A DNA stretch of 64,000 nt from Schmidtea polychroa (GCA_044892525.1 CM097886.1:63922001-63986000), one strand, 5' to 3'; positions 35,989 to 48,429 are shown, counted from the first letter of the stretch. Numbers and translations are program-made. Notes: a model not told the origin generated them from the letters alone.

Positions 35989-38900
35989 TCATATCCCCCT
36001 TCTTAAGAAATTTTTAAGTTTTTCCACATTTCTTTCGATCCTTTTTCCATCTTCATTTCTTAAGATGTATCGTCTGTCATGCACTTTCTCTATCACTTTG
36101 TTCGGACCTTCATACCTGTCCTGGCCTTTGTGGCGTGTTTCTACTTTTACTAATACTTCTTCTCCTACATTGAATTTTCTCCTTGTTTGTTCTTCTAGTT
36201 CTTCCTTTATCGGTATTTCTTTGGACCCGTACCATTTTTCCCTGCTAATCTTTTTTCCAAAAACTATCTCTGCCGGGCTTTTCCCTGTCGTTTTTTGTTT
36301 GGTTGCATTTAAAGTGAATTCGACTTCTGGTAATATCTCTGCCCAATCCGTCTTCTTTCTATCCTGTAAAGTAGCATTTATCAAATCCCGTATTGTCCTG
36401 AATTGTCTTTCTATCTGACCGTTTGTTTGGTGATGGTATGGACTCGAAAAACATAATTTAATATCTAGCATCTTTGTGAATTCTCTCATCATTCCTGATT
36501 CAAACGCCTTTCCGCAATCAACTCTTATCTCCTTTGGGCATCCAAATCTTAAAATCCACTTTTCTAAAATCGTTTTCTTTATTGTTTCTTCGTCTTGTTT
36601 TGTTATCGCTGTCAAGACTTGATACTTACTATACTGATCTATTATGCCCAATATATACTTCTTACGTCCTTTTGTTTCTGTCAACGGTCCACATATATCC
36701 ACGAATATAATTTCGAACATTTCCTTCGAATCTTGTTTTTTTACTGGTTCTTTCGTTGTTATTGTTAAAGCCTTGGTTTTTTGACAAATCTCACAACTTC
36801 GAACAATTTCCTGAATCTGACTCCACAGGTGTTTTCCAACATATCTATCTTTCATATAATCGGCTATCTTCTCGACTCCAGCATGACACAATAGTCTATG
36901 TATTTCCTTTATTGTTTCTTGTAACTCATTTTCAGGTATCATCGTTTTCTTTCGTACTTCTTCTACAATTCCATGTTGGATGTTGCTTCTTCCTTCTTCT
37001 CTGATCGAGTCTAGTAATCTGGTTTTTATCTTTCCTTTCTTAGCTTCTTCGTGGGCCATTTGACATTGAACACACGTGTTACATTTAGTTCTCGACACCA
37101 TGTCTGCATTTTGGTGATTAATACCCTTTCTGTATTCTACTCTTATATCTAAACTGCTCAAATAATTGATCCATGTTTGGAATTGTGAAGTAATCGGCTT
37201 CTTGGTTGTCATCATAAACGTGATTGCCTTGTGGTCTGTCCTGAGCGTGAATCTTCTTCCGTAGAGATAGTGCTTAAAATGAATGCAAAAATAATATACC
37301 GCCAATAGTTCCTTTCTTGTAATACAATATCCTTTCTCGTGGCTCGTCATCGAGTGTGATCCATACGCAATTACTCTTTCCTTTCCATCTTTATCTCTTT
37401 GTGAAAGTACTGCTCCAATGGTATCGAAACTAGCATCGGTATCTAAAATGAACTCCTTTTTCAGATCCGGAAAACATAAGATTGGCGCCGTCGTGAGTGC
37501 TAATTTCAATCCCTCAAACACGCTATTCGTTCCTTCACTCCATTCTAATTTTTTGTTACTTGGTCCGCTACATAATTGTTCTAACATCCTTGCCTTCTTT
37601 GCATAATCACTGATGAATCTTCTATAATAATTGCAAATACCTAAAAAGCTTCGGAGTTTCTTTACGCAATTAGGCTTCCCAAAGTTCTGTATGGCCTGAA
37701 TTTTAGATGGATCTGTCTGTACTCCTTCCTTGCTGATTATGTGTCCTAAGAATCTGATTTCTTCCTTTATTATTTGGCATTTTTCTGGATTAATCCTTAG
37801 GCCTGCTTCCTCAACCGCATTTAACATTTCTCCGAGTATTGTATAGTGTTTCTCTTTACTGCTTGAATAAATCAAGATGTCGTGCAAATACACCATTGCT
37901 CCCTTTATTTTGCCTAATACTTTTGTCATCATTTCTTGGAACGTACCTGGTGCTGCTGCAATTCCAAACGGCATTCTGTTGAAACAATATTGTCCGTTCT
38001 TCGTTGAGAAAGCTGTTTTCTCCTGTGATTCTTCTTCTAGTTCCACTTGGTAATATGAATTACCTAGATCGATTGAGCTGAAAAAGACGGATCCTCCTAA
38101 CAAATCTAACATCTCGTCTATGTTTAGCATTGGAAATGCCTGCCTCTCTGTTACCGCGTTCAGCTGTCTAAAGTCCAAGCATAGTCTAATATCCTTTTTC
38201 TCTTTTTTCCATACACATATTAGCGGTGTATTCCATGGAGAGTTACATTTCCGTATAATTCCATTTTCGTACAAATTTTCTATTGCTTCTTCAATCTTTG
38301 ATTCCAAATTTAGTGGTTGGCGATATGGTTTTATGTTTATCGGCTCACCTCTTGTAACTATCTTGTGTTTTACCAAATGTGTGCGACCCACATCCCATTT
38401 ATCTGCCATAAACACGTTTCCACTGTTTGTTATAATTTCCTTTAATTTGCTATCTTCATTGATCTTTAACTGTTCCAACGCTCGTATCAATCGTTCTTCA
38501 TCCTTTATTTTTCTGCCAAATTTTGCTTCAATGTTACAAATATAGTTCTTGTCTTTTTCACTAGCCTCGCTATCTTTAATTTTTAACAGTCTAAATCCAA
38601 ATGTTTCTTGTAATTCGATTCCTCCAATCACATCTGGTGTCACTTTATCCGCCACAATGAATATAACTTCCTTCGAAACATTTCCAATGGTTACTTGCAC
38701 CTTCGTTTTTCCTATTGTCTCGATCGTACTCTCGTTTGCGCATCGTAACTTATCGTCACTTTTCGTCAATTGTTGTCCTCGTAGCTTGTTAAAACAGTTC
38801 ACACTCATTACATTGATTCTTGCACCAGTGTCTAATAAACAGTCGAAATTTTCCCCATTCATCCTTACTGTTATACTAGGCCTTCCTTGCATTTTTTTAT

Positions 38901-39048
38901 AAAAAATTTCAACAACCTGCTCCGTTTCAATGGTTCCAATTCTTTCCACTTCCTCTTCAAACATTTCTCTCTTTAGGAACCTGTATACTTTCTCGCTTAC
39001 CCTTCCAACATTCTCCCAATTTTCTGCCCCTTGAGGATATCCCATCAA
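35989..39048 (-). CDS. pol: Gypsy Pol (protease, RT, RNase H, integrase); RT site mutated to YLHD
   Basis: LLDTGA, LDFRQLN, RMPFG, YLHD, TDAS, HHCC (HRLLCH..CEIC), and the DDE core; uninterrupted 1019-aa frame. Confidence 0.93.
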   Translation of the reverse strand: MMGYPQGAENWENVGRVSEKVYRFLKREMFEEEVERIGTIETEQVVEIFYKKMQGRPSITVRMNGENFDCLLDTGARINVMSVNCFNKLRGQQLTKSDDKLRCANESTIETIGKTKVQVTIGNVSKEVIFIVADKVTPDVIGGIELQETFGFRLLKIKDSEASEKDKNYICNIEAKFGRKIKDEERLIRALEQLKINEDSKLKEIITNSGNVFMADKWDVGRTHLVKHKIVTRGEPINIKPYRQPLNLESKIEEAIENLYENGIIRKCNSPWNTPLICVWKKEKKDIRLCLDFRQLNAVTERQAFPMLNIDEMLDLLGGSVFFSSIDLGNSYYQVELEEESQEKTAFSTKNGQYCFNRMPFGIAAAPGTFQEMMTKVLGKIKGAMVYLHDILIYSSSKEKHYTILGEMLNAVEEAGLRINPEKCQIIKEEIRFLGHIISKEGVQTDPSKIQAIQNFGKPNCVKKLRSFLGICNYYRRFISDYAKKARMLEQLCSGPSNKKLEWSEGTNSVFEGLKLALTTAPILCFPDLKKEFILDTDASFDTIGAVLSQRDKDGKERVIAYGSHSMTSHEKGYCITRKELLAVYYFCIHFKHYLYGRRFTLRTDHKAITFMMTTKKPITSQFQTWINYLSSLDIRVEYRKGINHQNADMVSRTKCNTCVQCQMAHEEAKKGKIKTRLLDSIREEGRSNIQHGIVEEVRKKTMIPENELQETIKEIHRLLCHAGVEKIADYMKDRYVGKHLWSQIQEIVRSCEICQKTKALTITTKEPVKKQDSKEMFEIIFVDICGPLTETKGRKKYILGIIDQYSKYQVLTAITKQDEETIKKTILEKWILRFGCPKEIRVDCGKAFESGMMREFTKMLDIKLCFSSPYHHQTNGQIERQFRTIRDLINATLQDRKKTDWAEILPEVEFTLNATKQKTTGKSPAEIVFGKKISREKWYGSKEIPIKEELEEQTRRKFNVGEEVLVKVETRHKGQDRYEGPNKVIEKVHDRRYILRNEDGKRIERNVEKLKNFLRRGI

Positions 39049-39056
39049 ATTTTCTG

Positions 39057-40085
39057 TTAGAATATGGCTCCAACCAACTCCTCTACTGGTGGAGCCCTGT
39101 TGTTTGGGTACGTCTTCCTAAAATTATCTTCATTTGAATCTACACACGATTCCCTTTCTTCTTCTTCCTCGATACCATTTATCCGACTGTATCTGTTTCC
39201 CGTGAATCTTTGTCTCTCCGTCGCTCTCCCGTACCTCATCTTTGTATAACACTCCTCGGATCTATGAACATTTCTGCTACATCTTTCACAACGTATTTCC
39301 TGACACAATCTTCTTTTATGACCTTCTTTCCCACACCCAAAACATCTTGGAGCTTTTTTATCTGGACAGTTTCTACTTATATGTCCGCTTCTATGACATG
39401 TCCAGCATTCTATTTTACCTTTTATTGGACAATCAATTTTCGTGTGTCCTATTTTGTGGCATAACCAGCATTCTGGCATTTCTCTTCGGATACTTTCTTC
39501 TCTCTGTTCTTTCTTCTTGTATTGTACTCTTCTCTGTGGTTCCTGATAGACCACTCTGGCGTAACTTTTCATACTGTTTATCTGATCTCTTTGCTTGTCT
39601 ACTTTGTCCATCAGAATTAGTGTTCCTTTATTTCTTCTGTGCTTTTTATCTTCCGTAGTATCACTTCTTTCCGCACATACTATTAACATCCTTGCTGTTA
39701 ATTTCTCTTTGGTAAATTCTTTATTTTCAAACAACCTATCAACAAGGTCCTCCACCTTTTTAAAGTACGTTTCTATTTCTTCACCCTTCCGCTTGTAATT
39801 CAACAAGTTTTGTAGATCCTTTAAAACATCTCTTTTGCGATCGAATGCCAATCGCAACCTAGCCTGGAATCCTTCGGCTTTTTTCAGTGTTTCGGCATAC
39901 ACTTCCAGGAGATCCTCATCAATCATGCAAGATGTTAATCTTTCCTGATCTTTCTTCTGCGTGATTCCCTTGGCGTCGAAATAAATTTCGCATCTCTTAA
40001 TGAACTTTTCCAAGTCGTCACCTTGGCAGAATACCTTTGGTAGCAATCTTTCGATGATTGCGTCAGTGTTTACCGCTGCCACCAT
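39057..40085 (-). CDS. gag: Gypsy Gag with four CCHC zinc knuckles
   Basis: CWLCHKIGHTKIDC, CWTCHRSGHISRNC, CFGCGKEGHKRRLC, CERCSRNVHRSEEC. Start uncertain: ATG at the LTR/PBS junction, or an in-frame ATG inside the LTR. Confidence 0.9.
   Translation of the reverse strand: MVAAVNTDAIIERLLPKVFCQGDDLEKFIKRCEIYFDAKGITQKKDQERLTSCMIDEDLLEVYAETLKKAEGFQARLRLAFDRKRDVLKDLQNLLNYKRKGEEIETYFKKVEDLVDRLFENKEFTKEKLTARMLIVCAERSDTTEDKKHRRNKGTLILMDKVDKQRDQINSMKSYARVVYQEPQRRVQYKKKEQREESIRREMPECWLCHKIGHTKIDCPIKGKIECWTCHRSGHISRNCPDKKAPRCFGCGKEGHKRRLCQEIRCERCSRNVHRSEECYTKMRYGRATERQRFTGNRYSRINGIEEEEERESCVDSNEDNFRKTYPNNRAPPVEELVGAIF
39067..39108 (-). promoter_or_regulatory. Candidate -1 programmed ribosomal frameshift signal
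   Basis: C CCA AAC in the gag frame, 6-nt spacer, then GCTCCA-CCA...TGG-T-TGGAGC hairpin. pol is in the -1 frame and open from just upstream of the heptamer. Confidence 0.7.
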
Positions 40086-41849
40086 ATTAGGATGTTCATC
40101 CTGTAAAACATTAAAATCAGTTTTTGTTTCCATAAATTTTATTTCAGTAAATATCAGAATCAAATTATATCTTCTTTAAACTTTCTTATTTAAAAAAATT
40201 TTCTACGAAGATATTTTTAATTAAAATATCTTCTTATTATTTTTTTTAAAAATTAATCTAAAATTAACTATTAATGAGTTACACAAGACCATGATATCAA
40301 AACTAGAATCAAATTAAGGAGAATTTTGATAAATAAGTTTAACCTGAAATATTAATATTCACAAAATATAAATATCAAACACTGGAAAAAACTGAACTAT
40401 CAAAATTTAACTAATAGAAAATTAAAACGATGAAATTGTAACGATGATTAACAATTTACATTCAATTTACCTTCAAAATCTCGATGAATAGAAAGTTGAA
40501 GGTTATAATTTTCACTGATGAAAAATAACGTTATTTGTCAATTAACACTATATTTAGATATTTTGAATATTCAACTCTTTCTAACCCAAATTTTTCCCAG
40601 AAAAGAAATCTTTATTTTTGTAAAAACATTATGAAAGAATTTATTTTATCACAAAAATATCTCACCAAAATATTTTTATTATTTCATTAGGAAAAATATA
40701 ATTCACATTAGGTAATACAAATAAGAATGTACTAAGACAAAAATTGAATTTAGAAATAATGATTCCAGTAGGAATCACTGAGTTAGAATTTTGCGTTAAA
40801 AGCCTAGAAATATTTTTAAAATTTTATAATTTTTTTTAATAAACTTAAGGTAAAAAACATTTCATACTGATAAGAATTTATTAGAAATTTTTGATGAATA
40901 AAATAATTTATTATTAAACATAAATAAAATAGAAATAGAAATGAATTAATTAATAAATGAATTAATAACGCTTTACGGAATGGAATGTTAATTTGAGGTT
41001 ATAAATGATCTGCTTGAAATAATTAACGACGTAGAAAAATGGTATACTGATCTAATTTGCATATTTAGTGATGTTTGGAATGATAGTTCTGCATTGATAA
41101 TATTTGATAATATATACTTCGGAAAACAGGTTTATATTATCATTTACTTGTTTAACATTTAATTAATGTTCTATCAGGAAATCATAACTTTATATATTGT
41201 ATTTACTGGAAATTATGTTAAAACTTTAAACGTTATATTCAATTCATATTATATTAGAAACGTTACAAAATTTTTTAAAAAGTCCAAATTTTTGACAAAT
41301 ATTATTTGTATAATTATTAATAGTTTTGAAATACAATTTTTGGATAGTTCTTTAATGGTTTTAATATTTACCTTTTTAATATTAAATTCAAAAAATATCG
41401 TAACTGTAAATAAAATTTTAAAACAATTTACTACAGTTTTCATGACTTCAAACTAATAAAAGCTTGTACTGTCAATGTCATTGTTTAGGCAAATTTTTGG
41501 TAGAAAACGATTTTACAATTTTAAATGATATTCAAATTTCAAAGAATAACTACATTTTTCTTTTAATTCATTTTTGATCTATTTGTCCCTTTAGTATTTT
41601 GTATTTGGATTTTGACTATACATCTATAATTTTCGACACTGCCTCTTCAGTTATTTTTATTTAACCAATAGTTTCCTTCTGTTGCTAGGGGTCTGTCATT
41701 TTTAGGATTTTTTTGTTCTCATCTGATTTTTGAAAGAAAAGATTGAATATTTTCTATTGAATTTCTATCATTTTTATAAGTTCATGTAACATAAAATAAC
41801 ATATGCATCAACAACTAGAAAGATGACGGATTTTGCTCGTCGATTTCTC

Positions 41850-42420
41850 GTATGATTATGTCGAAGGCTTTTTTATTGTTCAAATAACGCTACCATGTGA
41901 ATTCACACAAATAAAAGTCCAACATTGAACGGCGAGTGCCCCAGAGTTAATGATTTCTGGCTTTTGCAACATTTCAAGTTGGTTCAATGGTAATTGTATG
42001 TGCCATTATTAGGATCCATAATATTTTCACTGTGATTAACTGTTTAGTGACTGTATGTCAATTGACCTTTTTCATCCTTAATCTTTCCAATATGAACATA
42101 AGAAGCCTAACCACCAGACTTAATTTGAGACCTGGGTTCTATCGATTCTTTAATCACAATTTCCAAAAGTTGAAGCATATGATCCTTTACAGAATACAAA
42201 AAGCATTGTTTTGTTTTGCGACAAACTCCGGCGACAACCCACTGATGCGACAAATTTCTACAAACATTGTATTTATAGATTCATAATTTTACATGGTCAA
42301 TCTGGTACCATTAATAGTAAAAGGATTAGAAAATAAAACTTGAGCTACACTTCTCGCAAATAATGAATTCGGAAATAAATTCGGAATAAACCATAATCTT
42401 TGCAAAACTTAATGGACGCC
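41850..42420 (-). pseudogene. Merlin (IS1595/ISXO2-like) transposase remnant
   Basis: QWVVAGVCRKTKQCFLYSVKD, VNHSENIMDPNNG and MLDFYLCEFTW; frameshifted. Confidence 0.78.
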
Positions 42421-43149
42421 AATAGCAAATATGAGTACACATTAAGAACAAACCCAACTTACATCAAGTGGCCCTATCCATTGACAAAACAAAATGTCAA
42501 CTTTTACAAAACGAGTTTAAAAACTTTTTACGTTGACTTGCTTTTGAAACCCGATTAATCACAAAGCACAATTCTACCACCGATATTTAATTCACATAGA
42601 ATCACAAGTTTTTCTGTCTTTTACTTTGTGATTTAGTAATATCCAATAAAAGTAACTTAAAACAAAATAAATGACAAATCAATATTAGCAGAAATAACCG
42701 AGTGGTTAAATACAGACAAATGGGAAAATTTGTGTTAAATAAAAAAAACATTTATCTATAATCGAAATCTAAATGAAGATAAATGAAATTTTTATAAATA
42801 TTACATTTATAAATTAAAATTCGATAGTCGTCGAAATTCGATGCAACTAATTAACTATTCAAATATTACCACAAGCCATTAACAGTGTCATAATGTATAT
42901 ATAAATTGCAAATTTAATATACAAAACGTATAAACCATGAGAAACACAAACTTCATTAAAAATATAAAAAGTTGAATGAAATTGCCGTAATTAAATCAGT
43001 ATTCATGTGTAAATGCAATATTATGATTCTTGATAGATCGTACATAAAAGTTAGTTGAAAATTTGCTTATAAAGTGAATAAGATAATATATCTAAAATAA
43101 TAGTAATTAATTATAACTATTTTTATATTCTTAGATATTATAATTAGAT

Positions 43150-43810
43150 ATGATAATTAGACAACTTATTGTTATTCATTTGTTGTTGAAATTTCGGCAG
43201 AAACTTTTGAGCCAAACCTGTATATCTTAAAATACATGAAAGCTGTTCTTAGTGAGAAATGTCAGTAGTGAATTCTAATATTACTGAATAATACTCTGAA
43301 CTTAGAACTCTCTAAGAGATTAATTGAATACTTTTTATTTCACTTTGAATTCTTTTACTTAGATGCAGGATATTATTTTCTTTATTTGTTCCTTCACCAT
43401 ATATACGTTCTTTAAGCACCGGATCGTATTTTAGAATAACTTGATTTGTTCATGATCAATTAAAAATGAATTTTATATAAAAAAATTGAATGTAGACAAA
43501 AAAAAGATATCTTACCTGCTCTTTAATTGTTGGATAAATATTCTGTATATTCATAATGGCAGTGGATATTTGCACATTCATCTTATGATTAACTGCTGGG
43601 AAATTTAACTGATTATCTAATTTATTGGCAAGTTCAAATAGAGCGTCTAAAAGAAATCTGAAATCAATATTAAAAAAGCAAGCTAAATAAAAGCGTCGAT
43701 AGTAATCTATATACAGCATCTTCCGGATATAGTTAAGTTGGATATTATAAAAAATTGGATATAGTAAAACTAGTGTGTGGCAATAGTCCTTGTACTGTAC
43801 TATATGTTCC
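43150..43810 (-). pseudogene. Highly degraded hAT (DUF4371-type) transposase remnant
   Basis: LKYDPVLKERI and ILEFTTDISH*EQLSCILRY resemble LA.YDPVL.E and ILDETTDISHKEQLS.ILRY. Confidence 0.5.
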
Positions 43811-44962
43811 ATTTTAAGAAAATCTGGTTAATAATATTTTTTCTGGCAAAAACATTTTATTATATCCGAGAGTTAATTTACACTTCTAGTTCTCTTGTTT
43901 AATTTTGTTCCTTCATAAAAATCAACATAAATTTCAAATAGTTAGTTGAAAGCAAAATAGAAGAACTATGATATATCTAATTATATATTATTTTCATGTG
44001 TTTGGATCGGTTCTGAATAATTATCATACACAACATCAGTTTATCAATGCCAATTTCATGTTTCAAGTGGCAGAACAATTTTGACTCAGGAAGTAATTAA
44101 TTTTTATGCATAGCGCTTGTCATTTAGAAACTTTGAATTAATTAAAAACTATGCAACTTAATGAGAATTCAGTAAAAAATTAATTTAATTAAGAAACGGC
44201 CTAAAACTTTGAAATTAAACAATTTCAGGGTGACTTTATCGACAGACAAGCATTCTAATAGTAATCTCTTTTATTACTTGAATAATCATTTTTTTTGAGT
44301 TACCTTAAATCGTTTTTTTAATCAAGATTTCGGATACGTTTTATTATTTAATAAAAATAGTATTTAAACAAATCAAATCATAATTTGTTTGAGGAATTTC
44401 TATTAAAATAATTAATGCATAAGTAAGAATTTCAACATACAGGCAACATACAATAATAATTTAATTTATATTTTAGAACACCTCACGTTGTATTAGACTA
44501 AAATAAAAAATAAAAACGACAAGGATAAGTAATGAGTTGTCACATGAATAATGACCATTTTCAAAGAATACGTTTTAATTATTGAAATTTAACGCATATT
44601 TATGTAACTATCATTTCATTCCTATTTCAGTCAGTGTTTTGATTTTAAAATACTTTAACGCCATAATTATAATTTTTGATACATTGTGTAAAATACACTG
44701 TCCTGAAAATGTATGTGAAATGTTAGAAGTGATTGCAGTGCACTCTTCAGAAATTGAAGTCATGACTAAATAATTAAACGATAATATTTATCTCAATAAA
44801 AATAAAAACAACTGAAATTTTAATTAATTCATTATTCAAACAAACGTTCACAACATTTGCATTTTCGACATCACCAAGATGACCTATAAAAATTATATGA
44901 GGATTTATAATTTTAAAAATTAAAAGTAGAATGTAATTTTAAAATGTCAAAATTATGAAGAG

Positions 44963-44968
<6 letters not shown>

Positions 44969-45054
<86 letters not shown>
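44969..45054. repeat. (AT)n followed by (GT)n microsatellite
   Basis: Direct observation. Confidence 0.95.
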
Positions 45055-48000
45055 CTACTTTTCATTAACATATCTTTCAAGTAATTTTTTGATAATTTCA
45101 AATAGAATTCTTATAAGTTCGCTTTTCTAAATACAAACTTAATTTAAATTTCTATACATTTTTTAAGTAATAACCCTCATTAGAATAATGTCACACATTT
45201 CATGTTATTAGAGAGCTTGACATTTTTCAAATTTTGATTTAGATACCCTCTCGTTTTGTTGCTTTCTGGTCTAAAATAGATTTTATTTTATGATTTTTTG
45301 AATATTATTATATCGTATTTTTCACAATTTTGGCTCGATTTGCAAAATAATTAGATATTATAATGTCAGGTGATTCAAAAATTTTAATGACTACATTAGC
45401 ATAAATAGGATATTGAAACGAAATTTTAAACATTTAAGAAATTAATTATATAGATTTTTAATTCACCATTTTAGCTAGAATTTTTTTTTTAGGTAAATTA
45501 ATAAAAAGTTAAAATGTAGTGATTGATGCAGTTGTCCACAATGAATTTCAAACACTATTGCATGAACAAAGGAAATATGAGACAACTGAAAACCTATTCA
45601 AAATCAAGGTATAGAAGTTGCGGAAAAGAAGAACTGAAGCAGCATAGTGATAAAAATTTTGATATGTTCTTTGATTTCTTAGAGTTTTTCGATATTTACA
45701 TGTTCCTGTATAAAAAAAATTCCGATTTCTATTATTACGTAGAAAAATAACTTTCATTATTCTTTCATATTTTTTATCTTATTTATAACCATTCTTGATT
45801 ATTGGTTGCCATTTAAATAAACAATTAAATTCTGCTGTAACACAATTAAATATTTATTTTTAAAAAGATCCAATGATGAAGATGATATATTATTTTCTTT
45901 TTAAAGAATCACGAATAGGAAAGGTAAAATATACATTATACAATTGTTAAGCTTAAAAGTATTTGCAAATTTAAAAAAAACTCAACAAACAGACAAAAAA
46001 GCCTTAAAAGCCTTCAACTTAAAACTTTATCAATTAATTTATATAGTATGTATCCCTTGTTAAAGTATTACTAATAACTGCAGTGGCAGACAGTGAACTA
46101 GTCCAAAACATAGAATGAATTTTATTCATAAGTCGAGGTTGCACTATAATTAATTAACAATTTTAATATGTAATAAAACAATGATAAATAATGATGCGGA
46201 AATTTTACAATATTCAGTTATTGATTGTCAAAATTAGTAGTTTAAATTAAAAATAACTGAAGTGTAAACAAGACACTTGATTTTTTACCAGTTATTGCTT
46301 TCTTATGAAGTGTAATATTTTTAGCTAAAATTCTCAAGCATTCTCAGACATGATTTGATGACTAGCCTAATCATTACTAAAGAAAATTTGAGCTCATTTA
46401 ATGACGCATAGCAAAGTTGATTGGGTTCTGAGTAATTAATTGTTTTTCATCTTATTTAGCCAATGAAAATATAGAAATCGCTTTCCCGCTTTTTTCTTTT
46501 CTTGATTTCTCTGAACTGCATGTCTAATCAATCCTAAAACAAGTTTTGCCATTCATCTAATAGTACTTTAAATCAGGTCATCGAGGCAAGGAAATCAAGA
46601 GGGAAACTTTATATATTTAATATATTAGAAAAAAATTGTAACATAATTTTAAAAATTTTTTACATTATTAAAAACCATGAAATCCTCAACCTTAGTTTTT
46701 CAGTTATGAAATTTCTTTTATGATTACTTATTAATTAAACGGATATTTTTACTGTAAATCACTAATATTTCGTATCAATGAAGTTAGACATGAAAATATT
46801 ACTTTACACTAGATAATTTTCAATTGATAAATCCGCTAACTTTTCGTCACGGTACAAGAATTTGGAACCGTTATAAATTATAATTATATTGTAAATTTGA
46901 TATTAATTTTACAAGTTAAATATATATAATTGAAAAAATTTTGACTCACTGTCACTCAGAAGCCCATGAAATCTGGTTATAACAAGTAAGAAACATGAAA
47001 AAGGTTTTACGTGCATATTTTTAAAATTTATCTTTATCTTTGTATTTGGTTTATTGCTACATATGGTTTTCAAAATATTTGAAATTAAATGAGAAAAACT
47101 TTCGAGAACTGTTCATAGTTTTTAGCTTTCAACTCCAAAGAAAATAAATTGAAAAACAATAATAAATTATTAATCCTACATAGGAAGAGTAGGATACATT
47201 TAAAACATATTCACCAATTGATACAATATAGGTTGACAGAGTAATACGAATTGTGTTCAGATTCCTCAGCATTATTCAGAGCGTCCAGTCGGCTGGGGTT
47301 TTATTAAAAATCGAATCAAGCAAGAAACATCGTCTATTGAAACTACAACGCTGTAGATTGGAGTTATTTGGGAGATTCGAATGGAGATCGTTGTGATATG
47401 AAGTAAGAGATTTGTTTCGTATTTATTTCATTACCACGACTGGAATTGGCAAAAGCAAACAAGCGGCCGTAAATAAATGTAAAACCGATTCATAGGGAAG
47501 ATTTTCACGCATTAAATACGATACCAATCTCAATATTGGTCCGGAACAAAATTCTTTCTTTTTTAAATTTGAAATGCAATCTGATATTTCCATTAAATGA
47601 ACTTTGAACACTGATCGCACAGAAATATATGAAGAACACAAAGATTGAAGTTGATGCAATTATATATTCAATATAGAGACGAAGCGGTTTGATGTTCCAC
47701 TAATTGATACAATTCCAGAAATTTGAGTACATTTTGTTTTTTGTATGGTTGAAAAAATTAGATGGCAAATTTAAATATTTGTTATTTTAATAACGCATTT
47801 GTAATTTTAAGTTAAATAATTAAAACTTAATAAAATAAAATAATTTATTATTTAATTATTATTTTTCAATTTTCATGAATGCTTTTTTTGCAAACCTGAG
47901 TAAGTATAGCACAAGCAAACCTGATTTTTTTCTTCATCGTTTTTAGTACTTTATTTCAAACTATTGCATTTAAAATTTTTTTAAATCTCATTTTAATTTT

Positions 48001-48349
48001 TAATGAATAAAAATAATAGGCGAAATCCAATATTTAAACAAATATAATAAAGCTTACTTAAATATTTAATCAAAATCTTGTCGAGTTTCTTCAACTCAGC
48101 CAACTTAAATGAACCAAAACAATTATCCATGAGAGTTTTACATGCCATAGGACAGGATTTGACTGTCAATCCATTACATAACATACAATGAAACTGAGTA
48201 TTAAATTGTTCTACACAATTGGCAGTAGGAGTTATCTGAACATAGGAGTTATATGAATTGAATAAAATAAATAAAATAAAATTCTTTTAATATTTATTAT
48301 AAAATTTTATTTTGTAAAGGGCTGATCATCTTTTATATATTTCACATTA

Positions 48350-48353
48350 TTAA

Positions 48354-48428
<75 letters not shown>
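48350..48428. repeat. (ATT)n microsatellite
   Basis: Direct observation; abuts a family A foldback element. Confidence 0.95.

Positions 48429-48429
<1 letters not shown>

Larger units (their letters stand above)
35763..40265 (-). mobile_element. Ty3/gypsy LTR retrotransposon; 3' LTR 35763-35993, 5'-truncated 5' LTR 40085-40265
   Basis: LTR overlap differs by one substitution and a 3-bp indel. PBS-like TGGTGGCAGCGG at 40084-40073. PPT AAGAAGGGGGA abuts the 3' LTR. Domain order PR-RT-RH-IN. Confidence 0.95.

Noticed and set aside
36065-39798. Plus-strand ORFs overlapping gypsy gag/pol (and minus-strand ORFs at 7897-8421 and 57722-58153)
   Set aside because: Antisense shadows of real TE reading frames, with no independent motifs
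44913-45101. ORF with a YIYIYI run
   Set aside because: Translation of an (AT)n/(GT)n microsatellite
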